NCBI GenBank assembly: GCA_964016885.1
Contig: OZ024740.1
Coordinates: 142,724,001-142,788,000 of the forward strand
Length of the DNA: 64,000 nt
Direction: 5' to 3'
Source of the DNA: Eledone cirrhosa
Lineage: Eukaryota
The notes under the pieces are model-generated. The model did no database searches, was not told the origin of the DNA, and saw nothing but the letters and a program-made list of their open reading frames with translations. Positions 1-12,561 of the stretch are shown here, in pieces (within the stretch, counting starts at the first letter, position 1; every line of letters starts with the position of its first letter). Made by a program: the position numbers and the translations under genes.

Positions 1-395
1 ATATTTGTAGGTATTTTTTTATTGATATTTATTTTCGCCAACCTCTATAAAAGTTAGTTTCTTCATACATCCTGCTTTTATTCAGCTCTGATCCCCACCC
101 CTAAAGTAAGCAAAAATGAAAATATAAATACGTAAAAAAAAATAAAAAATTGAAAAAAAAATTAAGAAATAGTACTCTTTGTTACCTTCTTGTTTGAAGT
201 GATGCACATAGCACAAAATGTAGGCTATTCCTGGCTTTGGGTGTACACAATAACTTGAAGATAGGATTCATTTCCTCATTGACATTGGTTGGTTAGTGAC
301 ATAACGAAAAGAGTTATTACAAATTAAAGCAAACCTGTTCACAGAGCTGTAATTTTATTTGGTTAGTGATATAGAGTTTTTGTGAGTTTAACAGT

Positions 396-443
<48 letters not shown>

Positions 444-680
444 GTGTGTGTGTGCATATATATATATATATACCCAATGTTCTACCTAATAAAGGTAGGA
501 TTTATAACCATTTCAGAAACTGAGATAGTGTTGATGTAAATATCTCATCGAAGCTAAGCAGAATTTGTTTTTGTAGAAAAGTGATATCTTATTTGATTCG
601 CTTACAAGCAAACAGCCTCATAACACTATGTGTTTTAGATGACTATTGTCATCCTTTTGTTCTAGTGGTGACTGAGAGAA

Positions 681-725
681 ACAATTGACAATTGTTTCAG
701 GGTTATTGCCATTTATCAAGATAGT
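681..725 (-). ncRNA. Minimal type I hammerhead-like motif, U3:A8 core (degenerate)
   Basis: Minus strand reads actatc-TTGATAA-ATGG caataa CCCT-GAAA-CAATTG-TC-aattgt. Stem III is palindromic (ACAATTGT) with a GUC site. Stems I and II are imperfect. Confidence 0.5.
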
Positions 726-1100
726 GTATCTCTCCTTTTCTGCCACACACTAGAACTCTTGAGAATATATAGTATTTTCTAAAGTATACATCAGCTGAGT
801 AGCCTAATTTGCATACTGAGCGATTTCACAACTGGCTTTGCTGAAAATTAAAAACAAAATTTGTTTTCGCTCTGACACAGTGGATAAGTAAATGCATCCA
901 TGAGTTTTATATTGAATAATATTATTTGATTCATTTGCAAGCAAACAGCCTCATAACACTATGTGTTTAGACGACTATCATCATCCTTTTGTTTTAGCAG
1001 TAGCATGGCATATGCAAATTAAGCTAATCAACCGATGTATACTTTAGAAAATACTATATATTCTCAAGAGTTCTAGTGTGTGACAGAGAAGGAGAGATAC

Positions 1101-1145
1101 ACAATCTTGACAAAGAACAATAACCCTGAAACAATTGTCAATTGT
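1101..1145 (+). ncRNA. Minimal type I hammerhead-like motif, U3:A8 core
   Basis: Reads acaatc-TTGACAA-AG aacaataacc CT-GAAA-CAATTG-TC-aattgt. Stem I is acaat/attgt and stem III is palindromic. Predicted cleavage is after C1139. Confidence 0.55.
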
Positions 1146-1482
1146 TTCTCTCTGCCACCTCTAGAACAAAAGGATGACGATAGTCATCTAAAACACACAG
1201 CGTTATGAGACTGTTTGCTTGCAAATGAATCGAATATTATTATTATTAGATATAAAACTCACGATTGAAATTATGTATCCGCTATGTTAGAGCGAAAACA
1301 AATTTTGATATTTTATTATATGTCAGAAATATAATTATGGTAAACAATGAAAAAAATAAGACAATGTGTGGTAGTGAATTAATCCATTGATTTATGATAA
1401 TTTCAGAGAGCAAAATAAAAGTTTATCAATCAGAAGCAGTTATGCAATTCCATATTATTAGCCTTTATGTGTGTGTGTGTAT

Positions 1483-1484
1483 AG

Positions 1485-1538
<54 letters not shown>
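1483..1538. repeat. (GATA)n microsatellite
   Basis: Direct tandem tetramer. Confidence 0.95.
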
Positions 1539-1539
<1 letters not shown>

Positions 1540-1668
1540 ATTAAAAATATTAAAAATAAGTAGAAACGTGGTGTCAGAGTATCATCATTAAGTTTATTCA
1601 GGTGTAGCGCATGTTTTGCTATTGATCAGCTCAAAGTTTTGATCTGTATCAATCTGGCCTGTCACTAA

Positions 1669-2300
1669 TCAAAAGCTCATCAGACTCATCAGTTTGAGCT
1701 TTTCTGGTTGTCCCCAATAGTCACATACTGTCATGCTGTCTATACTTTGTTTCATATGAGGAGACCACAGTGGACAACAGTATTCAGAGAAGAACCGGAC
1801 AAAATCAGAGAAGAGAAGGTTTATGGTGTGGATATCTCTTGACTGGAAAGTTCTGGGAATCCAGGAACACATCCTGCAGGTCATGTCAACTTTGTTGTTT
1901 ATATGAGCAGCCCAGCTAATGTTGTTATCAACAATTACTTCAAGGTCTCTTGTGTTGTTGGATGTCATGAGGGTTTCAACTAAGGGAAGAAGAGAATATG
2001 ATGACTTCAGTGCATCCTCATATCCAAACTTGAATAGTTCAAATTTATCCTCATTCAGTAGCATATTATTTTTCTTCACTCTTTGGATAACAACAAGTAA
2101 ATACGATTGAAGGTATGTCCCGTCTCCCATTCCATTGATGACCTTCTGGAGCTTGGAATCATTTGCAAAGATTCTTATGTTGCTGGACTTGATGATGTCA
2201 ATAATGTCATTGATATAAATAATGAAGAGAAGTGGGCATAACACAGTGTCGTGCAGGAATCATTACTGACATTGGCTGAGCTTGATTTTATTCATTCGAC
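1669..2300 (-). pseudogene. Non-LTR retrotransposon RT C-terminal fragment (CR1/Jockey-group-like)
   Basis: VLCPLLFIIYINDI...IRIFANDSKL (degenerate FADD)...RDLEVIVDNNISWAAHI...EYCCPLWSP. Confidence 0.85.
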
Positions 2301-2344
2301 CACAACATGTTGGGCTCTGTTTGTCAGGGAACATATATAATAGA

Positions 2345-2680
2345 AAACGAAAAATCAGTGATGCATCTGAACTCAATTTATTGTGTCTCACAATTGTTTC
2401 ACCGGCGGACAACTCGAGACGCGATCATTGTGTGGATCTGTCTGATTCTGGACCCGCAGGTTCGACGGACACGTCTAATGATTTCGGAACATATTCTCTC
2501 ACTGGGGTATCTGACCCTCTGGGCCAGTACCGTCAAAAACTTCATCCTCTTCGCGTGTCCTGTGATTGGCCGCTGGCTGTCTACGTCATCATAATTCTAA
2601 CCACAGGTATCAGTCCACTGACCATCAGGGCATTAGCTGTCACATGTCTGCTACACTTCAATGAATTACTGCTGTGTTTG
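2345..2680 (-). mobile_element. CpG-rich PLE pLTR-like fragment with hammerhead-like architecture
   Basis: Its 3' end (aataaattgagttcagatgcatcactgatt) matches the tail of the 34.5 kb foldback. It has a GAAA-CAATTG-T module and CCAAT and TGACGT motifs on the minus strand. Confidence 0.5.
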
Positions 2681-3264
2681 GTAGTTCACACATCCACGCA
2701 CGCACACACACACACGCACACACACAATCACATAGATAACGACAGTTGTACACATAGACTCTCGCTATACACGCACATTTAAGGAGAACATTTATAAACA
2801 TATAGACATACACATACATGCATCCAGAGAGGCATGTACATACCCAGACACATGCCCACATGCCTATATACATCAACATACATACACACATGTGCATACA
2901 CATGCATACGTGTATATATACCCGTACAAACAAACAAGCACAGACATATACATAGACCCCCCTCCCTTCCACCTTCCACCCATGCGCACACATACATATA
3001 TACACACACAGATACACACTCGCTCGCAAACACACATATATACACACAAACAAGTCCTTTCCCTACACGGGTGCTTGTACACACACACACTGGTTCATAT
3101 ACACTCTTACAAATATGTATATATATATTACAAATATATATATATGCATATACATGTACATACATATATGCATATATATATATGCATAAATATAAACACA
3201 CACATATGTATATATGTATATATATATATATACATCTATATATATATATATATATATACATGTA

Positions 3265-3378
3265 TGAGTCCCTGTATGAGCAAGGCATGGTCAGCCGACC
3301 AGACACTGCCCACAAGAGGACGACCCGTCTAACCCATGCTAGCATGGAAGAACGGACGTAAAACGATGATGATGATGA
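3265..3378 (+). mobile_element. SINE 3' fragment with RTE-like (GAT)n tail
   Basis: Near-identical to 4787-4905 (minus) and 36845-36954. Confidence 0.75.
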
Positions 3379-3453
3379 TATATATGCATATATATCTATA
3401 CATATCTATACACACACACACACACACGCAAACACACATACGCACACATGCAT

Positions 3454-3513
<60 letters not shown>

Positions 3514-3518
3514 ATAAA

Positions 3519-3768
3519 GATCCCATAACTCCTTGTGGAGTCGTAGAGGCACTGTCATACAGAGTGTCTAGGGCACATTTAAACCTGGTGGAGCCCAACC
3601 CTTTCCAGGTCTGAACACACCCGATTTTTTCTATAGAGGAAGAATCAACCCCATTATTGGAAGGGTTCTTTTTTTATCGACCTCGAAAGGATGACAGGTA
3701 AAGTTGACCAAGGCAGGATTTGAACTCAGAACACGCACATCTTAATGACTCCACCGATTCGCCGCCAC
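3519..3768 (-). mobile_element. tRNA-derived SINE
   Basis: Contains B-box GAGTTCAAATCC on minus and the shared core ...tcatcctttcgaggtcgataaaa. Its 3' part is homologous to the SINE at 28876-29216. Confidence 0.7.
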
Positions 3769-3769
3769 C

Positions 3770-5793
<2,024 letters not shown>

Positions 5794-5803
5794 AAAAGTA
5801 TGA

Positions 5804-5897
5804 CCCCGACGGCAGAGCTCAAGCCGTTTCGGCGGCTATTTCTGGACTAAATTAGAATTTTTAGCCTGGTGAATAAATAGCCAAACTTTTCAAGGGG
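5804..5897 (-). ncRNA. Type I hammerhead ribozyme, U3:A8 variant core
   Basis: Minus strand reads CCCC-TTGAAAA-G tt TGGCTATTT...AAATAGCCG c C-GAAA-CGGC ttgagctct GCCG-TC-GGGG. Confidence 0.7.
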
Positions 5898-6364
5898 GTA
5901 CTTCCTTATATGGGAAGATTGTAGTTGTCAAGAGGATTGGTTAAAATTTGTTGTAAACACAAGTAAGTCTATCATGGAATTCGGTGGGAGTAGGGGTGGC
6001 TGAACTTGCCTGTAGAACAATAGGTGGGACAAATACGTAAACCATTCTATCCAACATCTTAATGACTCCGCTGATTCTCTGCCAATTTTATTTTTTATTT
6101 CTTCCTAGTATCTTTTATTGTCTCCTACTCTCTTTCGAATTACCTATTCTATAACCCCCCTCCTCCACTTCATACTCTATCCACAGAATCTGCTGTATAC
6201 ATATCACTTTCAACGCTTCACCGAACCACTCACACCCCTATTGTTCTACAGGCAAGTTCAGCCACCCCTACCTCCCACCAAATGCCATGATAGACTTATT
6301 TGTGTTTACAACAAATTTTAACCAATCCTCTTGACAACTAAAATCTTCCCATATAAGGAAGAAC

Positions 6365-6458
6365 CCCCTTGAAAAGTTCGGCTATTTATTCACCAGGCTA
6401 AAAATTCTAATTTAGTCCAGAAATAGCCGTCGAAACGGCTTGAGCTCTGCCGTCGGGG
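6365..6458 (+). ncRNA. Type I hammerhead ribozyme, U3:A8 variant core
   Basis: Stem I CCCC/GGGG; core TTGAAAA at 6369-6375; G6376:C6431 pair plus 9-bp CGGCTATTT/AAATAGCCG; GAAA at 6432-6435; stem III ACGGC/GCCGT; GUC cleavage after C6454. Confidence 0.75.
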
Positions 6459-6842
6459 TCATACTTTTTCCTATTTCCCACTCTACTACCCTAAGTATTG
6501 AGTACTCTGATGCATTATGGTCCATTTGGTTCCTTACCACAATTCCTTTGTTATATATATATATATATAGAGAGAGAGAGACATATATATACATATATAT
6601 ATATATATACATATATATATACACATATATATATACATATATATAAACACACATATGTATATATGTTTATACATATGATGATGATATATATATATATATG
6701 TGTGTCATCATCATCATCATCATCGATTAGCATCTATCTTCCATGCTAGCATGGGTTAGACGAGTTTGCCAACCACATTTACAGAGTGTGCTGGGTGCTT
6801 TTTGCCATGTCTTTTACATGATCAATTTACAATGTGGGCTGG

Positions 6843-6882
<40 letters not shown>

Positions 6883-6936
6883 ATGTGTGTATATAAATGT
6901 GTATGTATATATATATATTTTCTTTTTTTTGCACAT

Positions 6937-7165
6937 TCACAATGATCGGTAGGTGAAGAAGTGCCAGGAAATGACAGTGGAAGTAAGTCGTGGTAGAGGT
7001 AGGCCAAGAAAAACCTGGGCAAAGGTTCTGAGAGCTAACCTCAAATCACTGAGACTCACAGAGGTGATGACAAAGGATCGCGATGTGTGGAGAGATACCG
7101 TGCTGAGAAGGACCCATCCAACCAATGGAAACATGGAGAGCGATTATAAAAACGATGATGATGAG
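6937..7165 (+). mobile_element. RTE LINE 3' terminal fragment
   Basis: KKCQEMTVEVSRGRGRPRKTWAKV...DRDVWR followed by a (GAT)n tail. Confidence 0.8.
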
Positions 7166-7299
7166 ATTATATATATATATATTATATATATAGTAATAAT
7201 AATAAATTTGAAGACTAAAATCCAAAGAGGGCTCGATAAGGATAAATATATATCCAATATATAAGAACCGTAGAGCAAATAAATATATATATATATATA

Positions 7300-7740
7300 G
7301 AAGGATTTAAATGGATACAGTTCAGTAAAAGGAATTTATTGACATGTGTTTCAATAATAGCTATATAACCTGAAAACGGCTGCTATCTACAAAGTATTAA
7401 TTATGTAGACACTCAATATTTCAATGTTATTTTCAACTATCATTTCATCAGAATAATCTCATTGAGAACTTGTTTGGTTTTTATAGAGAATATTAAGAGG
7501 GAGGAGTGAAGTTAGAAGTATAGTTAAGGAAGTGGATAGAAATTTTTGATAGCAGTGGGTAATTAGATTCCCATCTGTTGTTTTGACATTTTTATAGAAT
7601 ACATTATTTGGCGTTGGTTATTTTTCTAAATCTATAGAAGGATTAGAGATAGTAAAGATATGCATGGTTGGTTTTGTGTTTGCACTTAATTAACATACAG
7701 ACTTAAATTTTTCTTTCAAGTGTGTGTATCCATTCGCCCA
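7300..7740 (-). mobile_element. Probable 3' end of a Penelope-like element
   Basis: Hammerhead lies downstream of a GEWIHTL-like stretch that resembles a PLE GIY-YIG C-terminus. Flanked by (TA)n. Confidence 0.5.
7336..7456 (-). ncRNA. Type I hammerhead ribozyme, canonical core, long stem II
   Basis: Minus strand reads TTATT-CTGATGA-AATGATAGTT...AGCTATTATT-GAAA-CACATG-TC-AATAA. Confidence 0.8.
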
Positions 7741-7780
7741 CACATAGATATATGTGTATATATACTTATTTTTAAAAAAT

Positions 7781-7918
<138 letters not shown>

Positions 7919-9099
7919 TTTATATATATATATCTACATATATATAAAATGTGGGTAATATTAAATATTATCCAATTACAAGTTAAACACTCTGTGATTG
8001 TTGTTTATAAAGTATGTATGTATGTTTATATATATATATATATATTTATGGCTGAATTGTTAAGAAGTTCACTTCACAATCATAAAGTTACAAGTTTGGT
8101 TCCATTGCATAACATCTTGAGTTAGTGCCTTTTACCATAGCTTCAGGTTGACATATGCCTTGTGAGTGAAATTTGGAAGATGAAAATTGTTTGTAAACCC
8201 ATCAGACAGACTGTAATTGTAATTCAAAAGGTTTGCCTTATCACACACTGCACCATGCTGAAGCTATCTAAGAATTACATTAAGTGTTGAATAATCAGTC
8301 ACTTACATGATCACTGAATTGTTTCTACCTTTGGCAGAAGGCTAGCAATTTGAAGGGAAGGAGAAAGTCGATTAAATCTACTCCAGTGTTTTACTGGTAC
8401 TTTATTTTATCAAACCCATAAGGATGGAAGGCAAAGCTAACTTTCACTGGGAACATAATATTTAATGAGCAGGTCATTGTCTTAACCAATTGACTGAAAA
8501 ACTCATCATCAAAAGGGATAGACATCCATTTATCTTTTTTATTAAACAAGGTCTACAAACAAGGTGTTATGATAGAGAAATATAAATTCGATAAATAAAG
8601 TGTTCTGTGATTTGGTGAAACTACTGAATTGTTTGTCAAGTTAATTTAGATAAGAGAAGAATTCTATAAGAATGAGAAGTTTGTGGTTAGAGCAATAAAT
8701 GTGATGATTAAATGGAATTATATGAAGGGGAACTACCAATGAAACAAAAAGGAGACTTGGTGGAGAAAAATCTATAATAAAAGCTTACAGATGATTGAGA
8801 AAAATATTAAAATTAGCAAATTGAAATAAATTTAAATATAGCTATCCACGATTCTTTCCTGAAACCTTCTAATCACATGCCCATAGTATCGGAGCTGTGA
8901 TCTCTCAATTCAGAGAAGTAGCGGCTTTACCTAGAGTGAAATTTAATGTCAAAGGATTAATTTATCAGATTCTTCTCATGCTATGTGTGTTTATGGATGT
9001 CTTTGTGCTGGGAGAAGTTGTTCATAATACAGAGCCCATTACTAGAACAGAAGTCTAATAATTCATATTTAGATTAAGATCGCCATTCCTTCCAATCAC

Positions 9100-9530
9100 T
9101 CCTTTCTATGTCAGGTGGTCAGAGCTAACATATGCATTGAAGTCTCCCATTAGGATATATGACTCAGTCTTGATTAAATCTAATGCTGCAGTGACTGTAT
9201 TTGGGCTCTCTATTTGGCACATAAACTTGCACAACACACAGAGACCTTTCTTTCAGCCTAAGCTTCAAGAGGTAAATCCTCCCACCTAATGGGATCCCTT
9301 CTATAACACATTCTGACAGCCAAGAGCTTGTGAGTATCCCCACTTCTGCCTGTGCAGTATTTTCTAGCATGACATGTGGAGTTCCCATCCTCCATCCAAA
9401 TCTACCAAAGCCACAGAACTTTGTTGAGGAAACCTCGACTATATCTAGCTGGTAACATCTGGCCTCCTCCACTAGTTCCTCTTTACTTGTAAGGGTTGTA
9501 ATGTTCCAGTTACCAATTGTCAAAGTTTGC
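9100..9530 (-). pseudogene. RTE-clade AP-endonuclease N-terminal fragment
   Basis: IGNWNITTL...LVEEARCYQLDIV...AQAEVGIL...VVQVYVPN, with GDFNA-like sequence in another frame. Confidence 0.8.
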
Positions 9531-11737
9531 TTCCTTCCGAATCCTCTTTGAATTCTTGGGATACATAACCTTTTGCTTCCATCCTATGCCTCCCAGTCCA
9601 TCACCAGTTCTTGCAGCACTGGATGAAGACAGCAATATATTTTTCAAACAGGCCCCACTACCTAAAGCCTGAATGAGTCCCTTGTTATCCCACACAAAGG
9701 ACAATGCAGTATGATGTTTCTGGCGATATTGCAGTGTTTTAGTGGTCTCATTTGTGCCAGTCATCAAGTTCGTACTTTTCTCAAACCCATGAATATTAGG
9801 CTTTTTTTTAGAGGTGGCCTTTGCTTGCCTCATCATAGCTACATTGTGAGAGTTTTCATTGCTCCATCTCCCTAACTAGTTTACCACTGTTGATTCAGAG
9901 TTGCTTATTCATCCAGCAGGAGCCCACTTATATCACAACTAAGTATCAGATCTGGTGGCTGTATAGCTATCCCTGTACTCTATGTGGCTAATTTTCAGTC
10001 TTTTGTCATCTCTGATCTAAGTTTCAGAGAAAGTGAGATGGAGAATTAAGACCATTTAAAATGGTTGTTCCAAGTTGAAATATGAATTCTTGCTTGGTCC
10101 TGAAGCGAAAGGTTAGTGGTCTGTTATTTGAGACAAGTAGTTGTAGTCAACTTTGGTGGAGATACAGATGAAAGAGTTATAGATGTCTAAGGAATGATGG
10201 TTCAGGACAGTAAGGGTGGTGAGGTTGGCAAGGAACAGGTATTTATGGCACCAGAAGCAGGAGCAGGGAAGCAAACCAGATGGAGTCATAGAGAAGAGGG
10301 ATGAACTAAGGAAAAGAAGGTCATGGAAATTAGGAACACACTTAAAAGTGAATTGGGTAAGAAAAGTGAAGTGACTGGATCAGAAAGGATGTTTCAAAAA
10401 CATTGAAGAATGTGATTCTGAAGGAGTAAGGTAGAAAGTAGCTAGCTGAAAGGAAGGGGTAGCTGTTACAGCATATAAGGTACAATCAACTTCACGGGCA
10501 CAGGTGAAAGTTGCTTGGATCAAGGTTGAAGAAGATTATCTGTACCAGATAAGGTGAGAGGCTATAATTTTGTGACTGAGTCTCAAAATCATGGTCTTCT
10601 CTAGAACTAATAGTGACAGAGAAGTTAAGAGTAGGATATGGAGTGTTTGGTGTTAGTGGGGTGGGAGGAGGTAAAGTTGAGATAGGATAGTCTGTGGGTT
10701 TGTAGAAGATGGAGGTTGAGAGGGTGGGATGAGTGTGATAAATAGATAGAGAGATATCCAGAAATTAGATGGAAGAGGTGAAGGCATAATAAGTGAAAGT
10801 AAGACCAAACACAGACACTAAGACAGTTATTTTTTAGACTAAACATGGGGATAACAAGACAGCAAATGGAACCTAAGAAACTCCAGGAAATAAACTTATT
10901 GGAGAAAAAATTAAATGATATTCAAATCAATACTTTATGTAAAGTTTAAATCTACTCAACAAAAATCTAATATACTGGAACTTAAAAACGATATCACAGA
11001 ATGTTGCTGTAAACTAAGATTAACTGAACATTTCTTTGAAAAATATAAAGTTGATGACAAATCTATAATCTGAAGTAAAAGTAACTTTTGCCCAAAAGAA
11101 AGGAAAAAGTTAAGCACAGGACAATTTTTGTGATTACTTATCTATTTTTCCAATCGATATTATAGAAATCAGGAATATAAAACCAAATTTTCAAGACTAG
11201 TATAGACAAACTTCAAAGAAGAACAATAAGACACTGACATAATTAAGGAAGATGACAAAGGAAGTGCTGGTGTCATTATGGATACCTCTTACTATACACA
11301 ACTTATCAAAAACATGCTAAAAGATAATAGCTACTATGAAAAGGTTAACCAATATAAAAATTTGAAAATAATGAGAAAACTTGGTATTAAATCTGTATTT
11401 AAGATGTTTGACAAATAAAGGGATGGATTACATATTGAACTTCAAATATAAAACTAGCCATTTTTACAGTTTACCAAAGGTTCATAAAAATAAACAAATA
11501 TATAAAGTGTGCCAAAAATGAATATCAAAATGTACTGAATTACCTTCACCTGAGACCTATTGTTGCAGGCCAAACATGCAAAACACAGATTAAGCAATTT
11601 CTTGGATATTCTGTTAAAAACTTTTTTTAAATATGTACCAAGCATTATTTGTGATGACCCACATTTGCTCAGCCATCTAACAGAACACATTTATTGTTTT
11701 GTTCAGTGTGGTTAATTCATACATTAATATCCTACAC

Positions 11738-12336
11738 CAGAGGTCCCCAACCTTTTTGCATGAAAGGGCTACATTAATATTCTAAATTTAGATGAGTGCC
11801 GTATATCAGAATTATCCATACTATCAAAGAGAGTTCACATTTTTATGACAGACTTGCACTTAAAATTGCCACATTTTCAATTAAAACTTATTACACACAC
11901 ATTTTTTTCCAAGAAAGTTTTTTGAAGTCTCTTGCATTATCTAGATGTTGAAGGATAGAGAGAAACACACACACACACACACACACATTTCTGGTCCTTT
12001 TTAAAAGTTGCTTTGCCTGTATGTTGACATTTTTTCCACACACACACATATATATATACATATGAAGTGTGACAGATAGAGAGAGAGATCGAGAGCCAGA
12101 GAAATAGATTTCCTTTTATAATATAGATTACTAATACTACTATTACTTTACAAAGTAGTTTGAATTTATATAAAAATTGGTGCAATATTTTAAATGTAGC
12201 AAAGATTCCTGTCATGCAGTTGCTGGCTACATGCAATCTGCTGGATAAAAGCACAATTCTTATCTTGTTTTGAGGGCCACACTGAACATCCTTAAGGACT
12301 GCATGCGGCCCTAGGGCCACAAGCTGGGGATCCCTA
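11738..12336. mobile_element. Non-autonomous hAT (Charlie-like) element inserted in the PLE
   Basis: TIRs cagaggtccccaacc and agctggggatcccta. 8-bp TSD tcctacac (11730-11737) and tactacac (12337-12344). Confidence 0.75.
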
Positions 12337-12561
12337 TACTACACAATTATGGAGTAGAGGCTATTCAATTTTGGCTCAACCATAACGATTTGAATTACCA
12401 AATTGTATAAAAATAAAGAACTTAGATTTATTCTGTTTGCTACCATCAAATATTAGGAACTAAAGTAGCACCAACATACATCAAACTAGTCATGGGTTAC
12501 CAAGAAAAGAAGATTTACAAAGAATCACTAAAACAAATTTTAGAGTCAATTTGTATATATA

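Larger units (their letters stand above)
590..1310. mobile_element. Foldback (inverted-repeat) element, probable Penelope-like pLTR remnant
   Basis: About 590-815 is the diverged reverse complement of about 1010-1235. About 855-995 is also inverted against about 1165-1310. The main arms carry a hammerhead-like fold. Confidence 0.7.

Noticed and set aside
10020-10850. LINE endonuclease remnant on the minus strand
   Set aside because: Purine skew is suggestive, but no motif could be read with confidence.
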